Below, one piece after another: positions 9,293 to 17,479 of a stretch of DNA of 18,249 nt. The stretch lies in the NCBI GenBank assembly GCA_964447495.1, contig CAYUTF010000066.1:1-18249 (forward strand), read 5' to 3'. The notes under the pieces are model-generated. The model was not told where the DNA came from, did no database searches, and was given only the letters and a program-made list of their open reading frames with translations. Both the position numbers and the translations under genes were made by a program. This stretch comes from an uncultured archaeon (lineage in GTDB: Archaea; Asgardarchaeota; Lokiarchaeia; Sigyniarchaeales; SOKP01). Positions within the stretch are counted from its first letter, which is position 1, and each line of letters starts with the position of its first letter.

Positions 9293-10849
9293 ATGGACAA
9301 AATCTGCATAATTGATATGGGTTCTCAATATACACATCTTATAGCCAGACGCGTTCGGGAACTAGGGGTATATTCTGAAATATTACCCAATAACATAGTT
9401 GTTCCAGAATTAAGAAAGATCCATCCAAAAGGGATCATTTTATCTGGAGGCCCAAGTAGTGTATATGACAAGGATAGCCCAAAATTATCCGATGAGTTTT
9501 TTCAATATATCTTAACAGAAAATATACCAGTTTTAGGGATTTGTTATGGTTTACATTTGATAATTTATCAAATGGGAGGAGAGATTAAACAAATTGATAA
9601 AAAAGAATATGGAAAAACCGAATTAGTAATTATCAATAAAAATGAGCTATTTAACTCTCTAAATCAAAAAGAAGTCGTCTGGATGTCCCATGGAGATCAA
9701 ATTAAATCGTTACCAGAAGGATTTGAAGTTTTAGCACAAACTAGCACTTGTCCAATCGCAGCTTTTAAAAGTAAAGAATTCAAAGTCTACGGCGTTCAGT
9801 TTCATCCAGAAGTCATCCATACCACTAGCGGGAAAATAATATTAGATAACTTTGTGACAAAGATTGCCCAAGCAAAAAAAGAATGGATTCTCGGGGATTG
9901 GATTACTAAAAAGGTTCAACAGATTAAGGACACTGTTGGTAACAATCGAGTGATTCTAGGATTAAGTGGGGGTGTAGATTCATCAGTAACAGCGGTTCTT
10001 ATTCATCAGGCTATTGGAAATAATTTACACTGTATTTTTATAAATAATGGCGTGTTACGAAAGAATGAAGAATTACAGGTACAAAAACAATTTAAAGAAA
10101 AACTTAATTTCGCAAATTTTCATTACATTGATGCGGAAGAATTATTCCTCGAAAAGTTAAAAAGTGTCGAAGATCCCGAAGAAAAGCGCAGAATAATTGG
10201 TCATACGTTTATTGAAGTTTTTGAGAGTAAAACTATTGAATTAGAGAAAAAAACTCCGGGAATTAAATTTTTAGCTCAAGGTACTATTTATCCTGATCGT
10301 ATAGAAACTGCAAAAACAAGCAAATCTGCTGCTAAGATCAAATCACACCATAATCTAACTTTACCTCCAAATATGAAGCTAAAAATAATCGAACCACTTA
10401 AAGAATTATATAAGGATGAAGTTCGAACTATTGGTTTAGAATTAGGTTTAGATAAGGAATTGATAGAAAGACATCCCTTTCCAGGTCCAGGATTGGCTGT
10501 TAGAATCATTGGTGCTATTGATAAAGAAAAGCTAGATATATTAAGAGATGCTGATGAGATATTATTGGAAGAAATTAGAAAAGCAGGAATATATGAAAAG
10601 CTCTGGCAGGCATTCTGCGTATTTCTCCCACTAAAAACGGTAGGAATAATGGGTGATTATCGAACTTATGAATATATTTGTTCAGTTCGTTTAGTTGAAT
10701 CTTTAGATGCAATGACTGCGAATTTTGCGAAAATTGATTGGAATTTATTAGAGAAAATAGCAACTCGTATTATTAATGAAGTAAAAGGAATAAATAGAGT
10801 TGTATATGATATTTCTAACAAACCACCAAGTACAATCGAATATGAATAA
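9293..10849 (+). CDS. guaA: GMP synthase (glutamine-hydrolysing), fused GATase + ATPPase
   Basis: DMGSQYT, SGGPSSVY, GICYG (catalytic Cys), QFHPE, LSGGVDS, QGTIYPD, KSHHN, RHPFPGPGLAVR, KPPSTIEYE. ATG 9293 preferred over TTG 9284. Confidence 0.97.
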   Translation: MDKICIIDMGSQYTHLIARRVRELGVYSEILPNNIVVPELRKIHPKGIILSGGPSSVYDKDSPKLSDEFFQYILTENIPVLGICYGLHLIIYQMGGEIKQIDKKEYGKTELVIINKNELFNSLNQKEVVWMSHGDQIKSLPEGFEVLAQTSTCPIAAFKSKEFKVYGVQFHPEVIHTTSGKIILDNFVTKIAQAKKEWILGDWITKKVQQIKDTVGNNRVILGLSGGVDSSVTAVLIHQAIGNNLHCIFINNGVLRKNEELQVQKQFKEKLNFANFHYIDAEELFLEKLKSVEDPEEKRRIIGHTFIEVFESKTIELEKKTPGIKFLAQGTIYPDRIETAKTSKSAAKIKSHHNLTLPPNMKLKIIEPLKELYKDEVRTIGLELGLDKELIERHPFPGPGLAVRIIGAIDKEKLDILRDADEILLEEIRKAGIYEKLWQAFCVFLPLKTVGIMGDYRTYEYICSVRLVESLDAMTANFAKIDWNLLEKIATRIINEVKGINRVVYDISNKPPSTIEYE

Positions 10850-10863
10850 ATTAAATTAAATAA

Positions 10864-11547
10864 TTAGCTTTTAATTTGTTTCCATGCTCCATAACCATGA
10901 ATAAATAAACATATAGCAAAAGAATAAAGCACAATCTTTTGACCCGTAACTTGGATAATAAGACCTTCAGTTGTGGACCCTTCTGGACCTGTGAACATTA
11001 ATATGATGTAAAGTGCTAAAATTATAGTAAATACAAGGAAGTTAATACCATATCGTTTTGGGTAGCTTTTACTAAAAAAAATTGTGAATGTATATAACAT
11101 AGATACAAAAAAGCCAGATACAAAACCACCATAGACAAACCAGATATGAGCAGCAACATTTATATCTGATGGAGCAAATGTAATTCCTGTAAAACAAAAA
11201 GATGTGAATAATCCAATAGCAGACCCTAAAATACATATCCATTTTAATATTTTATTGGTTTTAAAAAAACTGGGATACGCTAAAAATGAAGGAATTAATA
11301 AAAGGCCTACAAGAAAGAAAGCTATACTAAAGAAGAGAAAAGCTATTAAATTTGGTTGACCAGAATGAGCCACTGTTCGACCAATATCACTAAAAAAATT
11401 CATGAAAAAAGAATAACCTGGTGTAGTAGGATTATCATAAGTTCCACCTGCATAAAAAAGCATTCCTATGAATGTGAACAATATGAATTGGGCACATCCC
11501 GCCATATTCAGCACAAAGGCTAATTTTCTCCAATCTTTAATTAACAT
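10864..11547 (-). CDS. Polytopic membrane protein, DUF998-like
   Basis: About 6 hydrophobic segments; PGYSFFMNFFSDIG after TM1 and a His (AAHIWF) at the start of a later TM. Confidence 0.6.
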   Translation of the reverse strand: MLIKDWRKLAFVLNMAGCAQFILFTFIGMLFYAGGTYDNPTTPGYSFFMNFFSDIGRTVAHSGQPNLIAFLFFSIAFFLVGLLLIPSFLAYPSFFKTNKILKWICILGSAIGLFTSFCFTGITFAPSDINVAAHIWFVYGGFVSGFFVSMLYTFTIFFSKSYPKRYGINFLVFTIILALYIILMFTGPEGSTTEGLIIQVTGQKIVLYSFAICLFIHGYGAWKQIKS

Positions 11548-11685
11548 CTTTTAAAAGGTGAACTAGTGATATGTTGTAATAATCTTCTATAACCCTTCCT
11601 ATTTAAGTATTAAGTATAATACATAATAAGCTCTATTTTAGACATAAATTTTTAATAGGTTCTAATGTTAAAACTTATGATTATC

Positions 11686-13476
11686 ATGACTGAAAAAGAA
11701 ATAGCATGGGATTTTTCAGAATTATATCAAGGAACAGACGATCCGAAAATCTCAAGCGATATGGAAGCTCTTATGAAAAGAGTAGATGCATTTGAGAAGA
11801 ATTACCGTGACAAAATAAAAAAACCAGATTTCACTGCTGAAGACTTAGCGCACTTATTTCACGAAATTGAAAGTTTTAAAATGGATCTAGACGAATTAGA
11901 ATTATTTTCAGCAAATTCCTACAATGCACATATGACATTACCTGAAACTAAAGCGTTGTTAAATAAATTTGAAGAATTTAGTACAAAAGTAGCGAAGAAA
12001 TTAGCATTTCTTGATTTAGAAATAGCAAAATATGTATATGAGAATACAGATTTGTTAGAAAGTGATTCCCTCCATAATTATTCCCACTACTTAGAGACTC
12101 TTAGAAGGGAATTTCCTCATAAGTTATCAGAAGTCGAAGAGAAATTAATCCTTGAAAAAGATCAATTCGGGATCAACGAATGGAGTAAATTACAAGGCAT
12201 ATGGCTAAATACTAGGAAATTCAAAGTGTTGGTGGAAGGCAAGGAAGAGATTTTATCCTATGGTGATGCTAATAGCTTACTAACCCATCCTGATAGAGGT
12301 ACTCGAATCTCAGCAAATAAGGCAATTTATGGGTTATTAGGCGAGGATCAAGAAATATTTTCTACGGCTTTACGAAACATATGCGGAGACTGGATTAAAA
12401 ATTCAGAAAGAAGGAAGTTTGAAAGTCCGATGCATGATAGCTTAATTGTAAATGATTTGACACAAGATATTATTGATAATCTAATGAAAGTTATTGAGGA
12501 AGAAGGTGTTAAAGTTTATAGAAGATATCTAACACTTAAAGCAAAATTATTGAACTTACCTAAATTAAACTGTGCAGATGTGGTTGCTCCGCTTATCAAT
12601 ATTCCACATAAAACCTATAGCTGGGAAGAAGCAGTGGATTTAACTTTTGAAGCGCTAGGTCGATTTGATAGCCAATTTGTCGATTATGCGAAAGACATGG
12701 TCAATAGGAATCACATTGATGCAGCATCTAGAATGGGAAAACGAAATGGGGCTTACTGTGCTGGATGGTATAAAGGGAAATCTGCTTTTATTTTACAGAC
12801 ATTTAAAGGCAATTTGAAAGAAATTTATACCTTAATTCATGAAATAGGGCACGCAATTCATGATTATTTTGCTGCAAGAAGCCAGAGTTATTTAAATTTC
12901 CACCCAGGCTATTGTATAGCAGAATGTGCTTCAACATTCGGGGAATTACTGATGACCGATCTTTTACTTGAAAAATCTGAATCGGACAAAGAAAAGATGG
13001 CAATTCTCGCACATGTATTAGATGATGCGGGTCAAGCAGCATTCCAAGTGAGTGCACGGTACTTTTTTGAACATGATTTATATAAAGCAATCAATAATGG
13101 AGAGAACTTAAACGGAGATACAATTGCAAAATATTGGGTTGCTGGGAGAGATAAGATATATGGTGATTCCGTAGAATGGTTTCCAGAAATGAATTGGGAA
13201 TGGACTATGAAAGGACATTACTATATTCCAACATTTAGGTTTTATAATTATCCTTATGTCTTTGCGCAACTTTTTGTATATGCACTCTACCAAACATATA
13301 AAAAAGAAGGAAAGGATTTTATACCTAAATTCAAACAACTTCTAAGTTCAGGAGGTAGCAAGACACCTCAAGACGTAGGAGCGCTTGTGGGGTTAGATAT
13401 TACGAAATCAGATTTCTGGAAGTTAGGAATTAAACAATATGAAGCATTTGTCGATGAGTTAGAAAAATTAGTATAA
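11686..13476 (+). CDS. pepF: Oligoendopeptidase F (peptidase M3B)
   Basis: N-terminal WDFSELY, GKRNGAYC, zinc motif TLIHEIGHAIH, AECASTFGE, HYY..FYNYPYVF. ATG 11686 preferred because WDxSxLY normally lies near the N-terminus. Confidence 0.93.
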   Translation: MTEKEIAWDFSELYQGTDDPKISSDMEALMKRVDAFEKNYRDKIKKPDFTAEDLAHLFHEIESFKMDLDELELFSANSYNAHMTLPETKALLNKFEEFSTKVAKKLAFLDLEIAKYVYENTDLLESDSLHNYSHYLETLRREFPHKLSEVEEKLILEKDQFGINEWSKLQGIWLNTRKFKVLVEGKEEILSYGDANSLLTHPDRGTRISANKAIYGLLGEDQEIFSTALRNICGDWIKNSERRKFESPMHDSLIVNDLTQDIIDNLMKVIEEEGVKVYRRYLTLKAKLLNLPKLNCADVVAPLINIPHKTYSWEEAVDLTFEALGRFDSQFVDYAKDMVNRNHIDAASRMGKRNGAYCAGWYKGKSAFILQTFKGNLKEIYTLIHEIGHAIHDYFAARSQSYLNFHPGYCIAECASTFGELLMTDLLLEKSESDKEKMAILAHVLDDAGQAAFQVSARYFFEHDLYKAINNGENLNGDTIAKYWVAGRDKIYGDSVEWFPEMNWEWTMKGHYYIPTFRFYNYPYVFAQLFVYALYQTYKKEGKDFIPKFKQLLSSGGSKTPQDVGALVGLDITKSDFWKLGIKQYEAFVDELEKLV

Positions 13477-13525
13477 AATTTTTTAAAAATATTTTTTTCT
13501 TTATTATCCAATAACTAAGATTTAT

Positions 13526-15178
13526 TCACAACTGATAATTCCCTGAATAAATTTCAGTTTTAACGGCTTCAAAATCCACTGATTCCTGAGAATTAATGCC
13601 AATATTCCACTTTTTGCATACCTCACCAGCTCTCTGTGATAGATATGCAATATCATCTCGAGCAATTAATTCTAAATTAAACTTTCGCACTCCTGCTAAT
13701 AGTTGTTTCATTCCTGTACCAAGTTTACTCGCAAAATAGGTATATACTCCAACAGCAGCTGGTGGAATATCTTCATGACCAGTAGCTCTTGTTAATTTGT
13801 CATACTCAACAAAGGCCTCACTTAGCGATAAGGTCAGGGGGTTTTTTTCTCTTGGAAATCCCAAGCTCTTTAACATCCCGGGCGTTACATCATTACTTTT
13901 TATAGCATTGCCTACATATTTAGCTTTCATTGCCGCAGTAAGGGGGGCTCTAGCCATAGCTATGCATTTGACGTACGGTGCACCCATGGCAAGAGCTTTG
14001 AACATTTGAGTCTCGTTTGCGAAACCACCTGCGATGGCTATTATCGGAATATTAATACTTGGATGGCTTTTTTTAATCATATCTAAGCATCCAACAACAA
14101 GCGCTTCTAAATATGGTGTTGGGATGGAACCTTCGTTCATCATGCTAACGGGGCTCATTCCTGTGCCACCTCCTGCACCGTCGAAGGTCATCCCATCCAC
14201 CTTTGCTTCTAAACCAAGTCTTAAGATCCATGCTGTTGCTGCGGGTCTATATGCGCCTGTCTTAATAAAGATATTCTTAGCTCCGGTAGCTTTAAGATCA
14301 TCAATTTCTTCTAAAATTTCCTCAGTAGAAGATAATCCTACTCTACTATGCCTTTCAAAATCGGGAATTAATCCGGTTTTCCATTGGTCGATTACAAGGG
14401 GATCTGTAGGATCGGGAATAACTAAATATCCTCTGTTATGTAATAGTTGCGCCTTCTCCAAAGATTCTAATCTTACTTCCCCACCTATAGCCTTTGCGCC
14501 TTGACCAAACTTCAATTCCAAAGAATCGACCTCAAGGGTAGACGAAACATAATCAAACACGCCTAATCGTGAATCTTCTACATTTTTCTGGACTATGATA
14601 TCTCCATGAATCCCATCCCAATATTCTCGATATGTGGTAATTCGAGATTTCATGTCTTCTGTGCTAATAACTTGGGGGTAAACTGAATGGTTAGCAAATT
14701 GCGCTTTAGGGTCCATGCCAACAACATTTTCACCTACGGTGATACTTATACCCGCTAATGCTGCTCCTTTAGCTAAACCTTCCCAATTTCGCTTTGCTAC
14801 ATAGGTGCTCCCTAAACCCGCAATTACGAAAGGATACTTTTGTAATATATTTCCCCAATAGCAGTTTAAATCCACATTTGGAAAAATAACTAAATCCTCA
14901 TCAGGTTTTATCCCTTGAGCGCCTCTTACCTCAAATTGGATTTGAAAATCACCATAAGAAACACCAAAATCCTTCGGTGATCCAGCGGTAGAATTTCCAT
15001 AATATTCTCTTTGAGGATATAATGTCTCACGACCTCGAAGAGCGGCTTTCGATACTTCACAGAAAACTGGACAATCCGCAATGCAAATAGGACATAATCC
15101 TGATTCACAGGAATCCCTTGCTCGCGTTTTCGATCCAATTAAACTTGATTGATATGTTAGTGTTGTATTATTTGTCAT
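13526..15178 (-). CDS. Stand-alone FMN-binding glutamate synthase (GltB-like central domain) family protein
   Basis: VGEN, ELKFGQGAKAIGG, IKTG, DGAGGGTGMSP, IAGGF, KALAMGA, MARAPL; N-terminal Cys cluster C24/29/32/36/40; no amidotransferase domain. Confidence 0.88.
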   Translation of the reverse strand: MTNNTTLTYQSSLIGSKTRARDSCESGLCPICIADCPVFCEVSKAALRGRETLYPQREYYGNSTAGSPKDFGVSYGDFQIQFEVRGAQGIKPDEDLVIFPNVDLNCYWGNILQKYPFVIAGLGSTYVAKRNWEGLAKGAALAGISITVGENVVGMDPKAQFANHSVYPQVISTEDMKSRITTYREYWDGIHGDIIVQKNVEDSRLGVFDYVSSTLEVDSLELKFGQGAKAIGGEVRLESLEKAQLLHNRGYLVIPDPTDPLVIDQWKTGLIPDFERHSRVGLSSTEEILEEIDDLKATGAKNIFIKTGAYRPAATAWILRLGLEAKVDGMTFDGAGGGTGMSPVSMMNEGSIPTPYLEALVVGCLDMIKKSHPSINIPIIAIAGGFANETQMFKALAMGAPYVKCIAMARAPLTAAMKAKYVGNAIKSNDVTPGMLKSLGFPREKNPLTLSLSEAFVEYDKLTRATGHEDIPPAAVGVYTYFASKLGTGMKQLLAGVRKFNLELIARDDIAYLSQRAGEVCKKWNIGINSQESVDFEAVKTEIYSGNYQL

Positions 15179-15190
15179 ATTTATCAGGCT

Positions 15191-15517
15191 CTATTCATAT
15201 AATAATTCCTTATTAGATTCACTTAGATCAAAATAAAAAATGGGAATACTTTGGTTCGTAGCACAATTCCAATCATAAATATTCTTATGGGTTAATTCTT
15301 GTCTCAATGTCTCAAATTTTTTCGGCTCTCTCAGTTCAATAGTACTTGCATAAGTTTTACCAGAATGGTTCGCCATTGAATGAGTATGGCAATTCCATTG
15401 ATAATTATGCTTTCTTTCATTGAATATGTTTCCAAAGAAGAATGTTTTATCACCACATGTATGACATATCGTTCTTCCATAAGAATATACTTCTGAACAT
15501 ACAGGACATTTTATCAC
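15191..15517 (-). CDS. Zinc-ribbon hypothetical protein with duplicated YxWNCxT motif
   Basis: CPVC-x10-CHTC; YQWNCHT and YDWNCAT; GTG start with GGTGA SD at 15525-15529; 12 nt from the downstream gene. Confidence 0.75.
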   Translation of the reverse strand: MIKCPVCSEVYSYGRTICHTCGDKTFFFGNIFNERKHNYQWNCHTHSMANHSGKTYASTIELREPKKFETLRQELTHKNIYDWNCATNQSIPIFYFDLSESNKELLYE

Positions 15518-15542
15518 GATTTTTTCACCAATATTAACCCTT

Positions 15543-15809
15543 TTATACTGCTAAATATTGACGTGGTTTCCTGTTATAGTATATCTTAAGTTGTTCCGGG
15601 GTCTTTTCAAGTATCCTTCTAATGACTTTCGCAAGTGAGCTGCGGTGCATGTATCCCATAGCTTCGGACCACTCCGCAGCTGTCGATAAACCAATCTCCT
15701 TCAATTTATCCAAGCACATTTGCTCAAATGTGCGTGGCGACCGTGGTGGTTTCTCGGAGAGAGAAACTATTGCTTCGATACTACTTTTTAATTTTTCAAA
15801 AACCAACAT
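15543..15809 (-). CDS. Small winged helix-turn-helix protein (putative transcription regulator)
   Basis: Helix (FEQMCLDKLKEIG), HTH (STAAEWSEAMG..RSSLAKVIRRI), wing ending RKPRQY. SD AGGTGA at 15814-15819 favours ATG 15809. Confidence 0.7.
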   Translation of the reverse strand: MLVFEKLKSSIEAIVSLSEKPPRSPRTFEQMCLDKLKEIGLSTAAEWSEAMGYMHRSSLAKVIRRILEKTPEQLKIYYNRKPRQYLAV

Positions 15810-15832
15810 CAAATCACCTTTTTACATTTTTG

Positions 15833-15848
15833 TGGGATTAATTTCCCA
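15833..15848. promoter_or_regulatory. Palindrome (candidate operator) at the predicted start site of the wHTH operon
   Basis: TGGGA-N6-TCCCA in very AT-rich surroundings, lying between the TATA-like TTATATAA (15861-15868) and the SD. Confidence 0.45.
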
Positions 15849-16536
15849 TATTTTATTTAATTATATAATTTTAGCCTTTGGTCATTTAAAAATTTTTAGG
15901 TTACTTTGTATTTTTCCATCGATTTTTCCAGATTTTCTTATAATACTGAACAAAGTTAATAAAGTATTGCATAAATCAATATAATGTTCAAAGTACACGA
16001 AGAATATATTTAAAGGTTGTGATTTTTCTGAAAATTTTTCAAGAGTATATTATATAATTTCGACAAAAATATAGGCAATATATAAGAATATGAACAAACT
16101 TTAGATTTATTGTCTATGACTATACAAAATATTAGATTATTTTGAATAACTATTCATTTTCTGAAGGAATTATGTAAAAGATGTGAAATTCTTAAAAATT
16201 GTATATTTTAACGATACAGAGTGAGTGAGATTTTATTATTTATTTTTTCTATTATATTTTCTATTTATATTTATTATCTACCAAATAATGGTTTATATTT
16301 AATGGTATTATGTTGTATAGGGAGAAATCTAGCAAAGTTTCATTACACGCTAAATTTAATATTCTTAAGAGGATTATGTAAAGTCGAAGTAAGTATCTTT
16401 AGTATTTCTGAGGAGGACTTAAAAGATCTTGAAAAAGAGAATGGATGGATTGGAAGGAGAATAGAGACGGACCAGATTCTACCCGATACTATTAGATTAT
16501 TTGACCATTAATAGCTCCAAGAGGGAGTTAAAATTT

Positions 16537-16559
16537 AAATATTAACATTTCATTTTGTA
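16537..16559 (+). repeat. Duplicated upstream motif of the LRR genes (copy 2 at 17424-17446)
   Basis: AAATATTAACATTT identical, followed by CATTTTGTA vs TATATTGTA; begins 54 and 56 nt upstream of the respective ATGs. Confidence 0.7.
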
Positions 16560-16590
16560 TCAAAGAAGGGTAAAAATCGGGAGTAAACTA

Positions 16591-17385
16591 ATGAAATTTT
16601 CTGATAAATGGAAGCCTGTGTACTTTCGAGATGGTGATTTATTATTAAATAATAAAAGCATATCTGATATTCATCAAATAAAGGAATATGAAGGGTATAA
16701 AAAGGCAAAATTCATTGACTTAAGTAATAACACTCTTAAAGAGATATCTGGATTAAAAGAATTAGAAATAAAAAATCTAATAGATTTGAATTTAGAGGGG
16801 AATAACATTACTAAAATCAATGGCCTTCAAGATTGCTCAAATCTAAAGACATTAGGTTTTGGTGAAGATTTTGACGCCTTCTGGGATACAGGGGAAAAAA
16901 ATCTTTTTGATCTTCACTCATATAAAGGTCGCCCATTGCGAGAATTAGGAGCAGGAAATCAGATCAAAGAGATATGCGGGCTAGAAGAGTTGGTGAATCT
17001 TGAGCATCTCACGCTTTCTTTTAATCAGATCACCGAGATTAAAGGGTTAGATACCCTTAAAAATCTAACTCAATTAGATTTATCTTTTAATTATATAACG
17101 AAAATAGAAGGATTAGATAAGCTCAAGAACCTAACTTGGTTAAACTTAATGTTTAATAACATAAGCGAGATCAATGGATTAGAAAAATTAAGCAATTTAA
17201 AAGCCCTATATTTAGGTCATAATCAAATATCAGAACTAAAAGGTATTCGAAAGCTAAACAATTTAGTATTTTTATTGATAAGTATGAATAAAATAACTGA
17301 AATAAAGAAAACAGAGCTACCATCTCGACTTCTTGACGAATACTTTCCTGAGCATTTAGAGAATGAAAATATTAAATTAATTTAG
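16591..17385 (+). CDS. SDS22-like leucine-rich repeat protein 1 with 30-aa island
   Basis: About 8 repeats of LxxLxLxxNxIxxIxGL (22-aa period); ATG 16591 with GGGAG upstream preferred over TTG 16555; no signal peptide or TM. Confidence 0.92.
   Translation: MKFSDKWKPVYFRDGDLLLNNKSISDIHQIKEYEGYKKAKFIDLSNNTLKEISGLKELEIKNLIDLNLEGNNITKINGLQDCSNLKTLGFGEDFDAFWDTGEKNLFDLHSYKGRPLRELGAGNQIKEICGLEELVNLEHLTLSFNQITEIKGLDTLKNLTQLDLSFNYITKIEGLDKLKNLTWLNLMFNNISEINGLEKLSNLKALYLGHNQISELKGIRKLNNLVFLLISMNKITEIKKTELPSRLLDEYFPEHLENENIKLI
17349..17378 (+). repeat. 30-nt exact direct repeat, copy 1 (copy 2 at 18220-18249)
   Basis: TGAGCATTTAGAGAATGAAAATATTAAATT at the 3' end of both LRR genes. Confidence 0.9.
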
Positions 17386-17479
17386 ATTATGTTAAGTTTA
17401 ACAGAATTAGAACTTTAAAGAAGAAATATTAACATTTTATATTGTAAACCAATGAAAAGAAAAAAGAGGGAGGATTTTA

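Noticed and set aside
1221-15984. Overlapping ORFs in the track (1221-1526, 1901-2095, 3419-3673, 4224-4418, 4580-5026, 5382-5594, 5587-5847, 7751-7942, 8401-8673, 10288-10509, 10575-10763, 12803-13090, 13108-13338, 13797-14009, 14034-14504, 14926-15138, 15622-15984)
   Set aside because: Antisense or off-frame shadows of well-supported genes, with no recognisable motifs.
15870-16220. CRISPR array, ncRNA or replication origin in the long AT-rich spacer (TGAACA at 15947 and 16091, TGTTCA at 15985)
   Set aside because: No regularly spaced repeats, GC-rich stems or ORB-like boxes, and no adjacent cdc6/orc1; the short matches are compatible with chance.
16221-16511. 96-aa ORF as an intact membrane protein gene
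   Set aside because: The hydrophobic N-terminal half comes from low-complexity T-rich DNA; only the 3' part looks coding, so it is reported as a possible remnant.
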